A DNA stretch of 64,000 nucleotides, from NCBI GenBank assembly GCA_965660445.1, contig CBFIAK010000002.1:32001-96000 (forward strand), written 5' to 3'. Made by a program: the position numbers and the translations under genes. Below the pieces are notes generated by a model. The model made no database searches. It saw nothing but the letters and a program-made list of their open reading frames with translations, and was not told the origin of the DNA. Position 1 is the stretch's first letter, and the number at the start of each line of letters is the position of its first letter. The DNA is from Patescibacteria group bacterium (GTDB taxonomy: Bacteria; Patescibacteriota; Gracilibacteria; UBA4473). Positions 41,638 to 51,898 of the stretch are shown in pieces.

Positions 41638-44600
41638 ATGAATGAATATGAGCTCCCGTATGAACAAAGAAAAACTATTCGTTTTTCCTTGGAACCAAAG
41701 GAGATAGGAAGAGTATATGAGCCAATAAAATCCTCAAAAAATTTAGGTGAACAACTTCAAGATTTTATTACACAATATCAATCAATTATTACTAATTTAG
41801 AAAAGCAAATCTTTTTTAATAAAGATGGGAAAAAAAGTTTAAAGAAGAAAATTTGCATAAAACATGCATGGCTTCGAACTTACACTAAAACAGAATTTTA
41901 TAATGTAAAATATAAAATTATCATTGTTGATAATGATGGGCGAAAAAGAGATAATAAAAGCTTAATTAGTGACACTGATTTATCTTTTTTGAAAGAGTAT
42001 TTTGAAAATTGGATTATTGAAAATCAGGAATGCGTGAATAGTTTACAAAGTTTTTTAGAGCAACCAGAAGAAAGCCAAAAACGGATTTCCGAGTTCGCCT
42101 ATTGGATCCAAAGAATTTCAAAGCGAAGTAATTTTGAAGCTCTTTTTGAATTGTTTAATGAAAATATTAATCATAAAGACAGTAATGAAGAAATTGATAG
42201 AATTAAAAAGGTTTTGAATGAATGTAAACTATTACTAAAAACTTTGGAAAAAGAACTTTTGCCTAGCCAGTCTTTGGGATTAGAAATTGAACGAGCAAGC
42301 TTGAATTATTATACCGTGAATAAAAAACCGAAAGATTATGATGAGGAAATAAACAAGAAAAAAGAGGCTCTTTCAGAGAGCGACAGCTTTCAAAAAGCAG
42401 ATATAGATTTATTTACAAAAGTTGAATTTACCGAAAAAGACCTTCCTATCGGGGATCTTAAACAAGCAATGAAAGTATTTAAAGCAAACCAGAAGTCAAA
42501 GTTTTATGAGTTTGTTAATCAAAATAAAAGTTATGATGACTTACAAAATAATGATGGGTTAAAATTGTTAAATGACATTATCAAAGCAAATTTTAATAAA
42601 TTTAAAAGTGAGAAGGACAAGCAAAAAAGAGGTAAGCACTTTCAATTTTCATTCAGTAAATATAAGAAATTCTGCAATATATATAAAAATATTGTTGTAA
42701 AATACGGTCAAATTAAAGCTAAAATCAAAACTCTAGAAAAAGAAAAGATAGATGCCGAGCGGATGCAATCATGGGCGATGATTTTAGAGAAAGACAATCA
42801 AAAATATATTCTTACGATTCCACGTGATGCTCATAGTAATCTTCCAAGTGCTAAAAATTATATTAATGGTCTGAAAGATGAACTAGATGGTACATGGAAA
42901 CTTCATGCTTTTGAATCTTTAACATTGCGGGCGTTGGATAAGCTTTGTTTTGGATTAGATAAAAACACATTTCTTCCGACAATAAAAGATGAATTACAGC
43001 AAAAAGATGCATCTTTTCTTGAAGCTGGAAATCTAAAGCGAAAAGATCAGTTTTCTGATGATGGTTTAGAGTTGATTAAGTTTTATCAGACAGTTTTAGG
43101 TTTGGACGCAACTCGAAAGGTTCTAGCGATAAGTGATTTTAAAGGACTAGCAGCGATTATAGGTAATGAGAATTATGAGAACAAAGAAGAGTTTGAAAAA
43201 GACTTAAAACAAGCTTGTTACTATAAAAAAGCAATTACTATTTCTAAAGAAACTAAAAACACATTGGTCAAATCCTACAAAGGAAATCTGTATAAAATCA
43301 CCAGTTATGATTTGCAGAAGAAAGATAATGAAGAAATCAACAAATTAGAAAATAAGCAAGAATTTGATAGAAGTAATTCTGAAGTACACACTAAAATTTG
43401 GTTAAATTTCTGGACGGTAGATAATACTAAAAGAAGATATGATATAAGGCTTAATCCGGAATTAAAGATTAGTTTTGTAGAGAAGAAAACTGAAGAGTTG
43501 AAAGATGAAAATTTGGGAATGTTAAAGAAGAATAGAAGACAAGAAGATAGATATTTACTTTCAACAACTATTACCTTACAAGCCCATAAACGAAATGCTG
43601 ATTTGTCATTTAAGGGAACGGATGAAATTGTGAACTTTATTCAGACATATAACGATGAATTCAATAAAAATATAAAACCTTTTGATATTTACTACTATGG
43701 TTTGGATAGAGGACAGAAAGAGCTTCTTACTTTAGGAGTGTTTAAGTTTTTGGAATCAAAAAAAATTCCGTTTACAAAACAAGATAATTCATCAGGAAAA
43801 TACTATAAGCCAGAATTTATTCCAATTGAAGCATATGAGCTAAAATCAGATAAGTTTTTAGAACAAAATGAGAAAGGTAGAATAGCTTATAAAAGTATTT
43901 CTGAATTTATAGATAATACCGATATTGTTAAGAAAAAAGATATTAATTCTTGTTTTGATATGTCTACCGCCAAATTAATTAAAGACAAAATTGTTATCAA
44001 TGGCGATATTGCAACATATCTTGAGCTAAAACGAATAAGCGCATTGCGGAAAATTTATGAAGGAACAACACAAGGGAAATTTAAGTCCGAAAATATCTGC
44101 TTTAATGCGGATAAAGGAGCATTATTTCTCAATATAGAAAATAGAGGAAAATTGGAGAATAAAGATTTGTATTTTTATGATGAACGCTTTGCAAGTATTC
44201 TTTCCTTGAATGATATCAAAAAAGAATTACAAGATTATTACAGTACTCTTAAAAATAAAGGCGGAGTTGAAATTATTACCATTGATAAAGTAAATAATCT
44301 TCGCGATGCTCTTTGCGCTAACGCAGTTGGTATTTTAAATCATTTGCAAAAACAATTCTCTGGAATGATGTTTTTCGAAAATTTGGATATTTCAAATAAA
44401 AATCAAAGAATTAGTGAATTTTCAGGGAATCTAGGAAGTCGAATTGAATGGAAATTACTACAAAAATTTCAAACTCTTAATCTAGTGCCTCCCAATTATA
44501 AACAGGCAATGATCTTGCAAAGCAAAAAAAGTATTAACCAACTGGGAATAATTGCATATATAAAAACGAGTGGTACTAGTAACGAATGTCCTCATTGTGG

Positions 44601-44787
44601 CACAAAAAATTCAGATAAAACGAAAAAATGGCAGGGACATGCTTATGAGTGTATAAATAGCCACTGTCTATTTAGTACAGAAGATAAGGGAAATAGGCAA
44701 GGTCTTGATTGTCTTGATGATTCAGATAAAGTGGCAAGTTATAATATTGCAAAAAGGGGACTAGACTTCATTATTAGAAAAAAATAA
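41638..44787 (+). CDS. Cas12a2-related type V effector (Smithella Cms1 / Cas12a3-like clade), 1049 aa
   Basis: WED-like KTIRFSLEP; Cms1-type motifs LPSQS.G..I.RASLNYYTVNK, ESLTLRALDKLCFG, RLNPE, D..TAKLI...I..NGD; RuvC D (GLDRG), E (FENLD), D (DSDKVASYNIA); Zn ribbon CPHC..CINSHC. Confidence 0.85.
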   Translation: MNEYELPYEQRKTIRFSLEPKEIGRVYEPIKSSKNLGEQLQDFITQYQSIITNLEKQIFFNKDGKKSLKKKICIKHAWLRTYTKTEFYNVKYKIIIVDNDGRKRDNKSLISDTDLSFLKEYFENWIIENQECVNSLQSFLEQPEESQKRISEFAYWIQRISKRSNFEALFELFNENINHKDSNEEIDRIKKVLNECKLLLKTLEKELLPSQSLGLEIERASLNYYTVNKKPKDYDEEINKKKEALSESDSFQKADIDLFTKVEFTEKDLPIGDLKQAMKVFKANQKSKFYEFVNQNKSYDDLQNNDGLKLLNDIIKANFNKFKSEKDKQKRGKHFQFSFSKYKKFCNIYKNIVVKYGQIKAKIKTLEKEKIDAERMQSWAMILEKDNQKYILTIPRDAHSNLPSAKNYINGLKDELDGTWKLHAFESLTLRALDKLCFGLDKNTFLPTIKDELQQKDASFLEAGNLKRKDQFSDDGLELIKFYQTVLGLDATRKVLAISDFKGLAAIIGNENYENKEEFEKDLKQACYYKKAITISKETKNTLVKSYKGNLYKITSYDLQKKDNEEINKLENKQEFDRSNSEVHTKIWLNFWTVDNTKRRYDIRLNPELKISFVEKKTEELKDENLGMLKKNRRQEDRYLLSTTITLQAHKRNADLSFKGTDEIVNFIQTYNDEFNKNIKPFDIYYYGLDRGQKELLTLGVFKFLESKKIPFTKQDNSSGKYYKPEFIPIEAYELKSDKFLEQNEKGRIAYKSISEFIDNTDIVKKKDINSCFDMSTAKLIKDKIVINGDIATYLELKRISALRKIYEGTTQGKFKSENICFNADKGALFLNIENRGKLENKDLYFYDERFASILSLNDIKKELQDYYSTLKNKGGVEIITIDKVNNLRDALCANAVGILNHLQKQFSGMMFFENLDISNKNQRISEFSGNLGSRIEWKLLQKFQTLNLVPPNYKQAMILQSKKSINQLGIIAYIKTSGTSNECPHCGTKNSDKTKKWQGHAYECINSHCLFSTEDKGNRQGLDCLDDSDKVASYNIAKRGLDFIIRKK

Positions 44788-44821
44788 GAAAAACTAGTTT
44801 TCAATCAGAATGAATCCATTT

Positions 44822-47800
44822 TTATTCTTTTGTAAACGTAAAGTCGTCCCATTCTGTGTTTGATATATAGAGGTTTGGGTATTTGCTAAAATCAGAATCT
44901 GTGTGAGCGTGATCGGATAGTTTCTGTAAGAGAATAATTCCTTTTTTTGCGATATTATAAGCTCCATTCTCATCGCCATTAGTTGGAAGATTATTATTTT
45001 CTACTTTTCTACTATCAAAAAAAGGTTTTACAGGAGAAAGAATGAAGTCTTGTTTATTGATATCGTTTTCTTTTTCATCCGTGTTTCGTATCTGACAAAT
45101 TAAGTTAAAATAGAAGATGACATCCTTGAAAAATTGTTCATTCCCCTTTGTTTCTAATTCGTCAATTTGTCCTAAAATATTGCGATTCTTATCAAGGTTA
45201 TAAGTTTCAAATAATAATTCTATGTTTTTTGTAATATCTCTAAAGTGTTCATATCCACCTTTGTTGTTATTTGATTGCCGATTCCATCGAAAACGTTCTA
45301 CGCAACTGTAAACTGTCCAAATAGTGTTTTGAGGATATTCTTTTTGTTTTCGAAAATTTCGGATATTATAGGTGAATTCAAATCTTCCATTTTGAAATTC
45401 TATATTTGAGAATGTTAATATATCTTTTTTTGCATTTTCAGTATTCGAATATTTTAGATATAAATGAGGTCTCCATCCAGTAACGGGATCAATTTTTGAT
45501 GTATATGCTGCTTGTGTATAGAATATTATCCCAGTTTGTTTTCCCATTTTTTGGAAACTATCAAACGGGGCAGTAAGTTGGTATGCTCTCAATAGGTGTC
45601 CTGCTTTTTGAGGATCTATTTCGCCTTTGTGAACAAGAAATCCTAGTTTATCAATCAATGCTTTTTCAAGTTGTTGATAAATTGATTTTTCTATTCCTCC
45701 ACGAATTTGTTTAAATCGCATATTCAGATCTTCTAAAACAATGATTGCATTATGCTCAATTGCAAGATCGGCAAGTTTACGTACAACTTGTGAAATATAC
45801 CCTTTTTTTAAGTCTTTTATTCCTTCTACGGTTTGCCAATCTTTTCGGGCTTGTTCTCTGTGTTCAGCTTTTTCTTGTAGTTTTTCTGCATAATTTATCT
45901 GCGTATCGTTTCCTCCTTTTATAGTATTTAAACTTCCACTCTCAATTATTTTTCCTGCTTGTGTAATCACCGAATAATAGGCAAGATGTTTTTCTCCTCG
46001 GTCTACGCCAATAATATTTATATCTTGGTTATTTGCGAGAAAAGTATTTATTTTACTATTAAATTGAGATACATTATTTTCTGTTCTATTAAGTGTTATT
46101 GGAACATGAAAAAATATTTTGTTTTCAGTAAATCGATTTTTATGAAATGCTTTTTCGCTTTTTTCAAGAACTATTCCCTGATTTGTAGTAATTTTTTCTT
46201 TTTTTAAGTCTTTTGTTTTTGGTCGATAAAATATCTCGGCTTGTCCATTTAGTTTTATAGGGAAATTTTGAGATATGTTTTCATCAGAAAAAAGCGATTC
46301 AAAGTAAAGAGTATGAAGATTTTTAGATCCTCTAGATCCTTCATTCCAATCTTTGTTTTTAATTTGAAAGAGATAAAGTTCTCCACTTTTATTCTTTTCT
46401 TTTATATATGATTCGGAAATATCTTGAAAGGTTATTTTATAACCATCTTCAGCTACATCTCTAAAAAATTCGCCAATATTATCTTGGTAGTTTGTAGTTG
46501 TTTTTATATGAGTAAAATTATATCCTTTCCATCCTTCATATTGATTCAAGCAATTTTTATAAAAATCGATAAGTTTATGCATACTTGCAATGGAGAACGA
46601 ATCGCCTTTCTTGAATTCTTCATTTTTGTAAATATTTAAAATTTCTTCTGAAGGATAGAATTCATTTATTCCTTTTTTTGAAAAGCAAACTTTGGGAAAC
46701 ATCTTTGCTTGATCTGGAAAGAATTTATATACAACCTTTTGATATTTTCCTTGTTCAATGTTTTGGGAGAACTTTTCTTTGTTCCGTTTATCAAATATTT
46801 TATTGTTTCCTTTCTTCATCAGCCCAATAAAGTATCTCTCATCTTTTCGTAAAAGAATAGCTGAATTATCGGATTCTTTATTCTTATCCCATCCATCCGC
46901 AAGTGTGGGATTCTCAAAATTGAGTTTCCATTTTTCTTCGCTATATGGTTTTTTTGTAAGATAGTTTCTTATTTTGTTATACGGTTGTATGATTTCCTCA
47001 TAAGCATTGTTATAAAAATGATCTTTGTATCCAAAATTAGGGTCATTATAAAAATTTCCAATTATGTAATCATCCCCAACCCATTTTCTTTTTTTCTCAA
47101 GAGAGAAATATTTTGCTATTTGATAAATACTTAAAACAGAGTCAGCAAAATTTTTGATAATAATCTTTGAATCTGAATTGAGTGTGAAATTATCAAGGAG
47201 ATTTGAGAAATCTTTTTCAAAGGTGTTATATCCAATTCCTATTACGGAGTCTGTTTTTGAATTAATTATTTCTCTATTAAAAAGAGAGTTAAACTCATAA
47301 TGAAAAATCGTTAAAAACTGATTCCAAATATTTTTTTCTGTGTGATTTAAAATCTCATTATATCTTTCTTTCCACATATTTCCTTCAAGTATTATATCTT
47401 CTAATGCGTTTTTAATATGTTCAAGTGCTATAAAATCAGGAAATGAATAGCCTCCATCTTTTTTTTTCGCAGATGATGTGATTTTTTTGTTTTTTAAAAT
47501 CTCAAAAATATGCTTTTCTAAAAATTCAGTTTCATTTGTCCATTTATGGGTAATGGTATTGAGAGCTTCTTTTGAGATGTGTATTTCAGAAAGATTATAT
47601 TTTTCTTGATTATTAATAAAATCAGTGAAAAGATTTCTTAAAATAATTGTTTTTGTCTCTGCTGATTGATGAAATGTTTTTAAAACTTCTAATAAGTCTG
47701 ATTCTCCTTCTATTTCATCAATAATTTCTTTTTCATATTCACTGAGTATTTGTTTGTCTAATAATTTAAAAAATGGAATCTTTTCACCTTTATTATCTTG

Positions 47801-48655
47801 TCTGTATTTATTGATACATTCATTAAGCCCTTTTAGTTTTTCTCCATTTTTTAGTGTTTTTCCTCCTAAGAGGGTATTGTATACATTAATACCATCTTGT
47901 AATAAACAAGAATTGTAGAAATCCAAAGAAAAAATACTTGAAAGTGATTGTCCGAAATTGAATTCTACTTCTGAGAAATCTATTTTTTCTTTTATACTCT
48001 CAAAAATAAGGATATTATCACAAAAACGTTTTAAATTTTGATCCACTATGCGAGTTGCAATTGCAGTCGTTGTTCCATCATCTTTATAGAAATTCTTACG
48101 AGTTTCAAAGAACTTTATAAAATATCCAGTAAAACCTTTCCAACTATCAAAAATAGAAATAACCTCATTTGTACTCTCATCTATTATTGTTGATTTTTCT
48201 TCCTCTCCATATCGTTCTTTGAGAATCTTAAAGATTTCTTCTTCAAAAAGAATACCTATATCGTTTTTCTTTATTTTTAAATGTGAATATTGTTGTGCCC
48301 AAATTTTGCCTTGTTCGTGAAAAAAGGTAATAACTTCTTTTCTGAGTTCTTTTTCTTTTTTTTTTATTTCTTTTGTATAATTTTTTTGATCAATTCTCCA
48401 TTTCTTAAAAATATCTAACTACTCTTTATTTAATCCAGAGAGAACTGCATTTTGAAGTGATTTCTGAACAAACTCTCTATGAAGACGATCAAAATAGGGT
48501 TTAGTAGCCTCATATTTTATTTTGATTGTTTCATCTTTCTCAAAAACTTTATTTTCTTCTAATAATTGTTGTGTATTGCCCACTGGTTTTAATTCAAAGC
48601 GTAATGTTTTACTAATTGGGTACTGATTGACGAAACTATCAAAGACAGATGACAT
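44822..48655 (-). pseudogene. cas12a: Cas12a (Cpf1), 1277 codons, interrupted by an in-frame TAG at 48419-48421
   Basis: N-terminal NQYPISKTLRFELKPVG is in frame with the 44822-48046 ORF; the intervening stretch is open (GFTGYF..FETRKNFY..AIATRIVDQN); KLNFENPTLADGWD, KNLHTLY, KLNGQAE, GVDRGE, VLEDLN, NGDENGAYNIA. Confidence 0.92.
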
Positions 48656-48787
48656 GTTTAATAAAATAAAAACATTCTTTTTATATCATAAAATGAAATA
48701 TTCTGAAAATTTAATTTCTATCACTATTTTATAAATACTCATCAAAAAACCCTTTAATAGAGTTTAGATGTACAGTATGGAGCTTGG

Positions 48788-48862
48788 TGGTACCCCCGCC
48801 AAGAATTGAACTTGGATCTTCAGCTTAGAAGGCTGTTGCTCTATCCATTGAGCTACAGGGGC
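48788..48862 (-). tRNA. tRNA-Arg(TCT)
   Basis: GCCCCTGTAGCTCAATGG..CTTCTAA loop..GTTCAAT..GGGGGTACCA. Confidence 0.96.
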
Positions 48863-48916
48863 GTTTGGAAAACGGAGGGATTATAAGAAAAGAAGAAAAA
48901 AAAGAAAAGAAAAAAT

Positions 48917-48944
48917 TTGACGCTCTTTCATTTTTTTATACAAT
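48917..48944 (+). promoter_or_regulatory. Putative sigma70 promoter of tRNA-Glu
   Basis: TTGACG-N16-TACAAT. Confidence 0.6.
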
Positions 48945-48989
48945 TTTGAGGCTCTTGGCAAAAGAGGTATTCCTCATATATTTGCATAC

Positions 48990-49064
48990 GTCACCATCGT
49001 CTAGTGGTTAGGACGCCAGGTTTTCATCCTGGTAACGGGGGTTCGATTCCCCCTGGTGATGCCA
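48990..49064 (+). tRNA. tRNA-Glu(TTC)
   Basis: GTCACCATCGTCTAGTGGTTAGGAC..TTTTCAT loop..GTTCGATT..GGTGATGCCA. Confidence 0.97.
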
Positions 49065-49078
49065 AAAAGCCCTGAAAT

Positions 49079-49164
49079 AAGAATTAGGAATTATGAATTA
49101 AGGAAACATCACAAGGTTTTGCACAACCTTGTGATGTTTGTGATGGAAACAAGATTCCAGATTC
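49079..49164. repeat. Second copy of the heptamer/hairpin element
   Basis: ANGAATT heptamers; perfect 15-bp IR 49104-49118/49125-49139; 22/23 match to 36569-36591. Confidence 0.7.
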
Positions 49165-49244
49165 GATCACTTTAGTGTTCCCGCCCTTCGCTGTGATTCT
49201 CAACTTTCAGTTTTGTTTTTTTGTTGTTTTGGTATCATCTATGT

Positions 49245-50747
49245 ATGAATACTGGTTTAGATATACATACTTTTATGACCATTTTAGTGAGTGTGCTTTT
49301 TGTGCGTACGGTGCTTTTTCATCTTGAGTTATGGCAACGCCGTGATTACCGTTGGGATCGTTTGCGTGAGCATCTGATGCGTACTACAGAAGGGCGACAA
49401 AAAATCTGGAACCTGTGGTTTTTTAAAGGTATGCCTCGTCCTGCATTATCGGGCAGACTTCTTTTTATTCTTTTCTTTTTTGGACTGCTCCTCTTTGCTC
49501 TCTTTCATAAATTTTATCCGTGGGATGTGCTGCTTATCCATATAAAAGAAGGGGAATTTATTCAACCGTATTTTTGGATTCTTCTTCTTGTCTTTGAACG
49601 ACTCTTATGGGCAATTATTGCCTCAGCCGTTCTATTTTCTCGTATTCCTGCGGATATACTCAAAGAACGATTATTTATTCGTGCTCAAAAAATAATAGAT
49701 ACCTACGAAAACGAAGTAATCCGTATCGGTATCACCGGAAGTTACGGAAAATCAACCACCAAAGAAATACTAGTCCATTTACTGAATACAGCTTTTGGAC
49801 CAGAGAATGTTTTATATAACCCTAAAAATCATAATACAGAAGTGGCTCTTGCACGACTCCTCCTGAATAGTCGTCAGTTTTTTACTCATCAATCAACAAA
49901 GCCAAAAATAATTGTTCTTGAAATGGGAGCCTACGGAAAAGGAGAAATAGAACGAGTTTGCCAATTTTTTCGTCCGCATATCAGTATTTTAACAGGAGTA
50001 AATAACCAACATATCCCCCTCTTTGGGTCACAACGAAATATCCAAGAAGCCAAATTCGAGCTCGCGCATGCAACGAGAGAAAAAGTTTTTTTTAATGCCG
50101 AGAGTGCATTACTCAAATCTATCTGTGAAGAAAAACAAGTTTCTGCCACCCTTATCCCTCTTTCGTTTCAATCAGCCCATAATATTACACCTCATCCGAC
50201 CTATACAGAGTTTGAAGTATATGGAGAAACGTTTCATCTTCCGTGGAGAGGGGAGTTTTTTGTACTGAACGCTTTGCTCGCTCTCGAAACCGCCCGAGAA
50301 TTAGATATACCCGTCTCACTTCTTTCAAACGCACTTCGCACTCTGCCTCCTCTTGAACGAGCGTTGAGTGTGCAAATACATCCTTCAGGAGCTCAAATAC
50401 TGGTTGATCCGTATTCAGCAAATCTTGATGGAGTCCTCTCGGCGGTTGATCAATTACGAATGGTTTCGGGGAAACGAATATTTGTAGGCATCCCTATGAT
50501 TGAACTGGGAAATACGACAAAAGAATCACATAGGATTCTCTTTGAAAAATTGAGAGATTGTGGAGCGTATGTATTCTGGATGAAACCAGATTATTCTTCA
50601 CTTGGTAAACAAATTTGTGGGGAAAAATTTATAGGAGACAATACTTCTGTCTTCCGTGAGTTAACGCAGCATCTTTCAAGTGAAGATATTATTCTTTTTG
50701 AGTCAAGAATTCCTCAGTCGTTCCAAAATATTATTGCCCCAAAATAG
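49245..50747 (+). CDS. murF: Mur ligase, MurF-like with N-terminal TMs
   Basis: IGITGSYGKSTTKE, VLEMGAY..GEI, DPYSAN, IELG. Confidence 0.8.
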   Translation: MNTGLDIHTFMTILVSVLFVRTVLFHLELWQRRDYRWDRLREHLMRTTEGRQKIWNLWFFKGMPRPALSGRLLFILFFFGLLLFALFHKFYPWDVLLIHIKEGEFIQPYFWILLLVFERLLWAIIASAVLFSRIPADILKERLFIRAQKIIDTYENEVIRIGITGSYGKSTTKEILVHLLNTAFGPENVLYNPKNHNTEVALARLLLNSRQFFTHQSTKPKIIVLEMGAYGKGEIERVCQFFRPHISILTGVNNQHIPLFGSQRNIQEAKFELAHATREKVFFNAESALLKSICEEKQVSATLIPLSFQSAHNITPHPTYTEFEVYGETFHLPWRGEFFVLNALLALETARELDIPVSLLSNALRTLPPLERALSVQIHPSGAQILVDPYSANLDGVLSAVDQLRMVSGKRIFVGIPMIELGNTTKESHRILFEKLRDCGAYVFWMKPDYSSLGKQICGEKFIGDNTSVFRELTQHLSSEDIILFESRIPQSFQNIIAPK

Positions 50748-51849
50748 GAATGTATGTGATGAGTGATGGGAGAAGTGTTGGATCAGAAACATGAAGAATC
50801 GAAAGGAGAATATAGAGTCCATAAACCCCAACTAAAATACCTCCTTCAGTTCGAGAAAGACTGAATTTTTTTCCAATAAGAATAAGGCTTAATAAAACCA
50901 CAGTTCCAAAAAGTAAAAGAATTGAAGATAACAGGTTTTCTGTTCCTACTTCTACGTTTTGTCCTTTCCAGAGAATATAAATAAACCATGGGAGCCCTAA
51001 ACCAATAAGAATATCAAACGAATTGCTTCCAATTGCATTACTCATAGCCATGTTTCCGTATCCTTTTTTGGTAGCAATAACCGATGATATCATGTCTGGT
51101 ACAGATGTTCCTGCGGCTAAAACAGTGAGTGCAATAATAGCCTGCGGAATACCAAAAGAATGAGCAATGAATACGCCTAATTCTACCATCACCCAACTGA
51201 GCGCAATGATATAAAGAATGGATAATACAAATATAGTCTTGTAGTACTGGTTTGATTTTGGGAATAAATACGAGATAAACGCCGTGTTTTTGTTATCGAA
51301 ACGATGAAAAAAATTGTTTTTTTGCTGATTCTCTGGTTGTATTTTTTCTAAATATTCCATACTGACAACGTGTTTTGGCACTGGGAACCATCGTTTCCAT
51401 TGTGATAATAAAAGGAGGTATCCAGCATAAGCAATAATATAGATGAGTGATTCCTTGAAGGTAATAACGCCGTCCCAAAAAGTAAAAATAAGCAGAACAA
51501 GTGATACGAAATAAATACTAATATCTCGAATAACAGATACTTTTTCTAATACAATTTCTTTTACTATTGCAGAAACTCCAATAATCATCAATACGTTAAA
51601 AATAGCGGATCCAACAATAGTTCCAGCTCCTACGTTTTCAATACCTACTTTGCTCAAAGCAATAATAGCGGTGAAAAGCTCAGGAGCACTCGAACCAATA
51701 GCCATAAAACTAGCCCCCGAAACATCTTCGGAAATCTCAAGTTTTTCGGTAATCGTTTCTAAACTATGCACAAAGTATTGATCACATACTTTCGCGAGCC
51801 AATAAAAGACCAATAAAAGAGCTAGAAAAGCACCAATAAGAATTATCAT
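50731..51849 (-). CDS. Calcium/sodium antiporter (CaCA/YrbG-like)
   Basis: Alpha repeats AIGSSAPEL..GSAIFN and AAGTSVPD..GSNSFD. Confidence 0.9.
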   Translation of the reverse strand: MIILIGAFLALLLVFYWLAKVCDQYFVHSLETITEKLEISEDVSGASFMAIGSSAPELFTAIIALSKVGIENVGAGTIVGSAIFNVLMIIGVSAIVKEIVLEKVSVIRDISIYFVSLVLLIFTFWDGVITFKESLIYIIAYAGYLLLLSQWKRWFPVPKHVVSMEYLEKIQPENQQKNNFFHRFDNKNTAFISYLFPKSNQYYKTIFVLSILYIIALSWVMVELGVFIAHSFGIPQAIIALTVLAAGTSVPDMISSVIATKKGYGNMAMSNAIGSNSFDILIGLGLPWFIYILWKGQNVEVGTENLLSSILLLFGTVVLLSLILIGKKFSLSRTEGGILVGVYGLYILLSILHVSDPTLLPSLITYIPILGQ

Positions 51850-51898
51850 ATAGAACAAAATAAAAACTGTTTCGATTTTAACAATAATACCACACCTA

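Noticed and set aside
44822-48046. Treating the 1074-aa ORF as a naturally short Cas12a
   Set aside because: It starts at an internal GTG within the conserved ATRIVDQN motif and lacks WED-I and part of REC1, which are encoded in frame upstream
48706-48725. AATTTCTA upstream of cas12a as an orphan repeat or mini-array
   Set aside because: Only ~8 nt match in AT-rich DNA and no GTAGAT arm to close the handle
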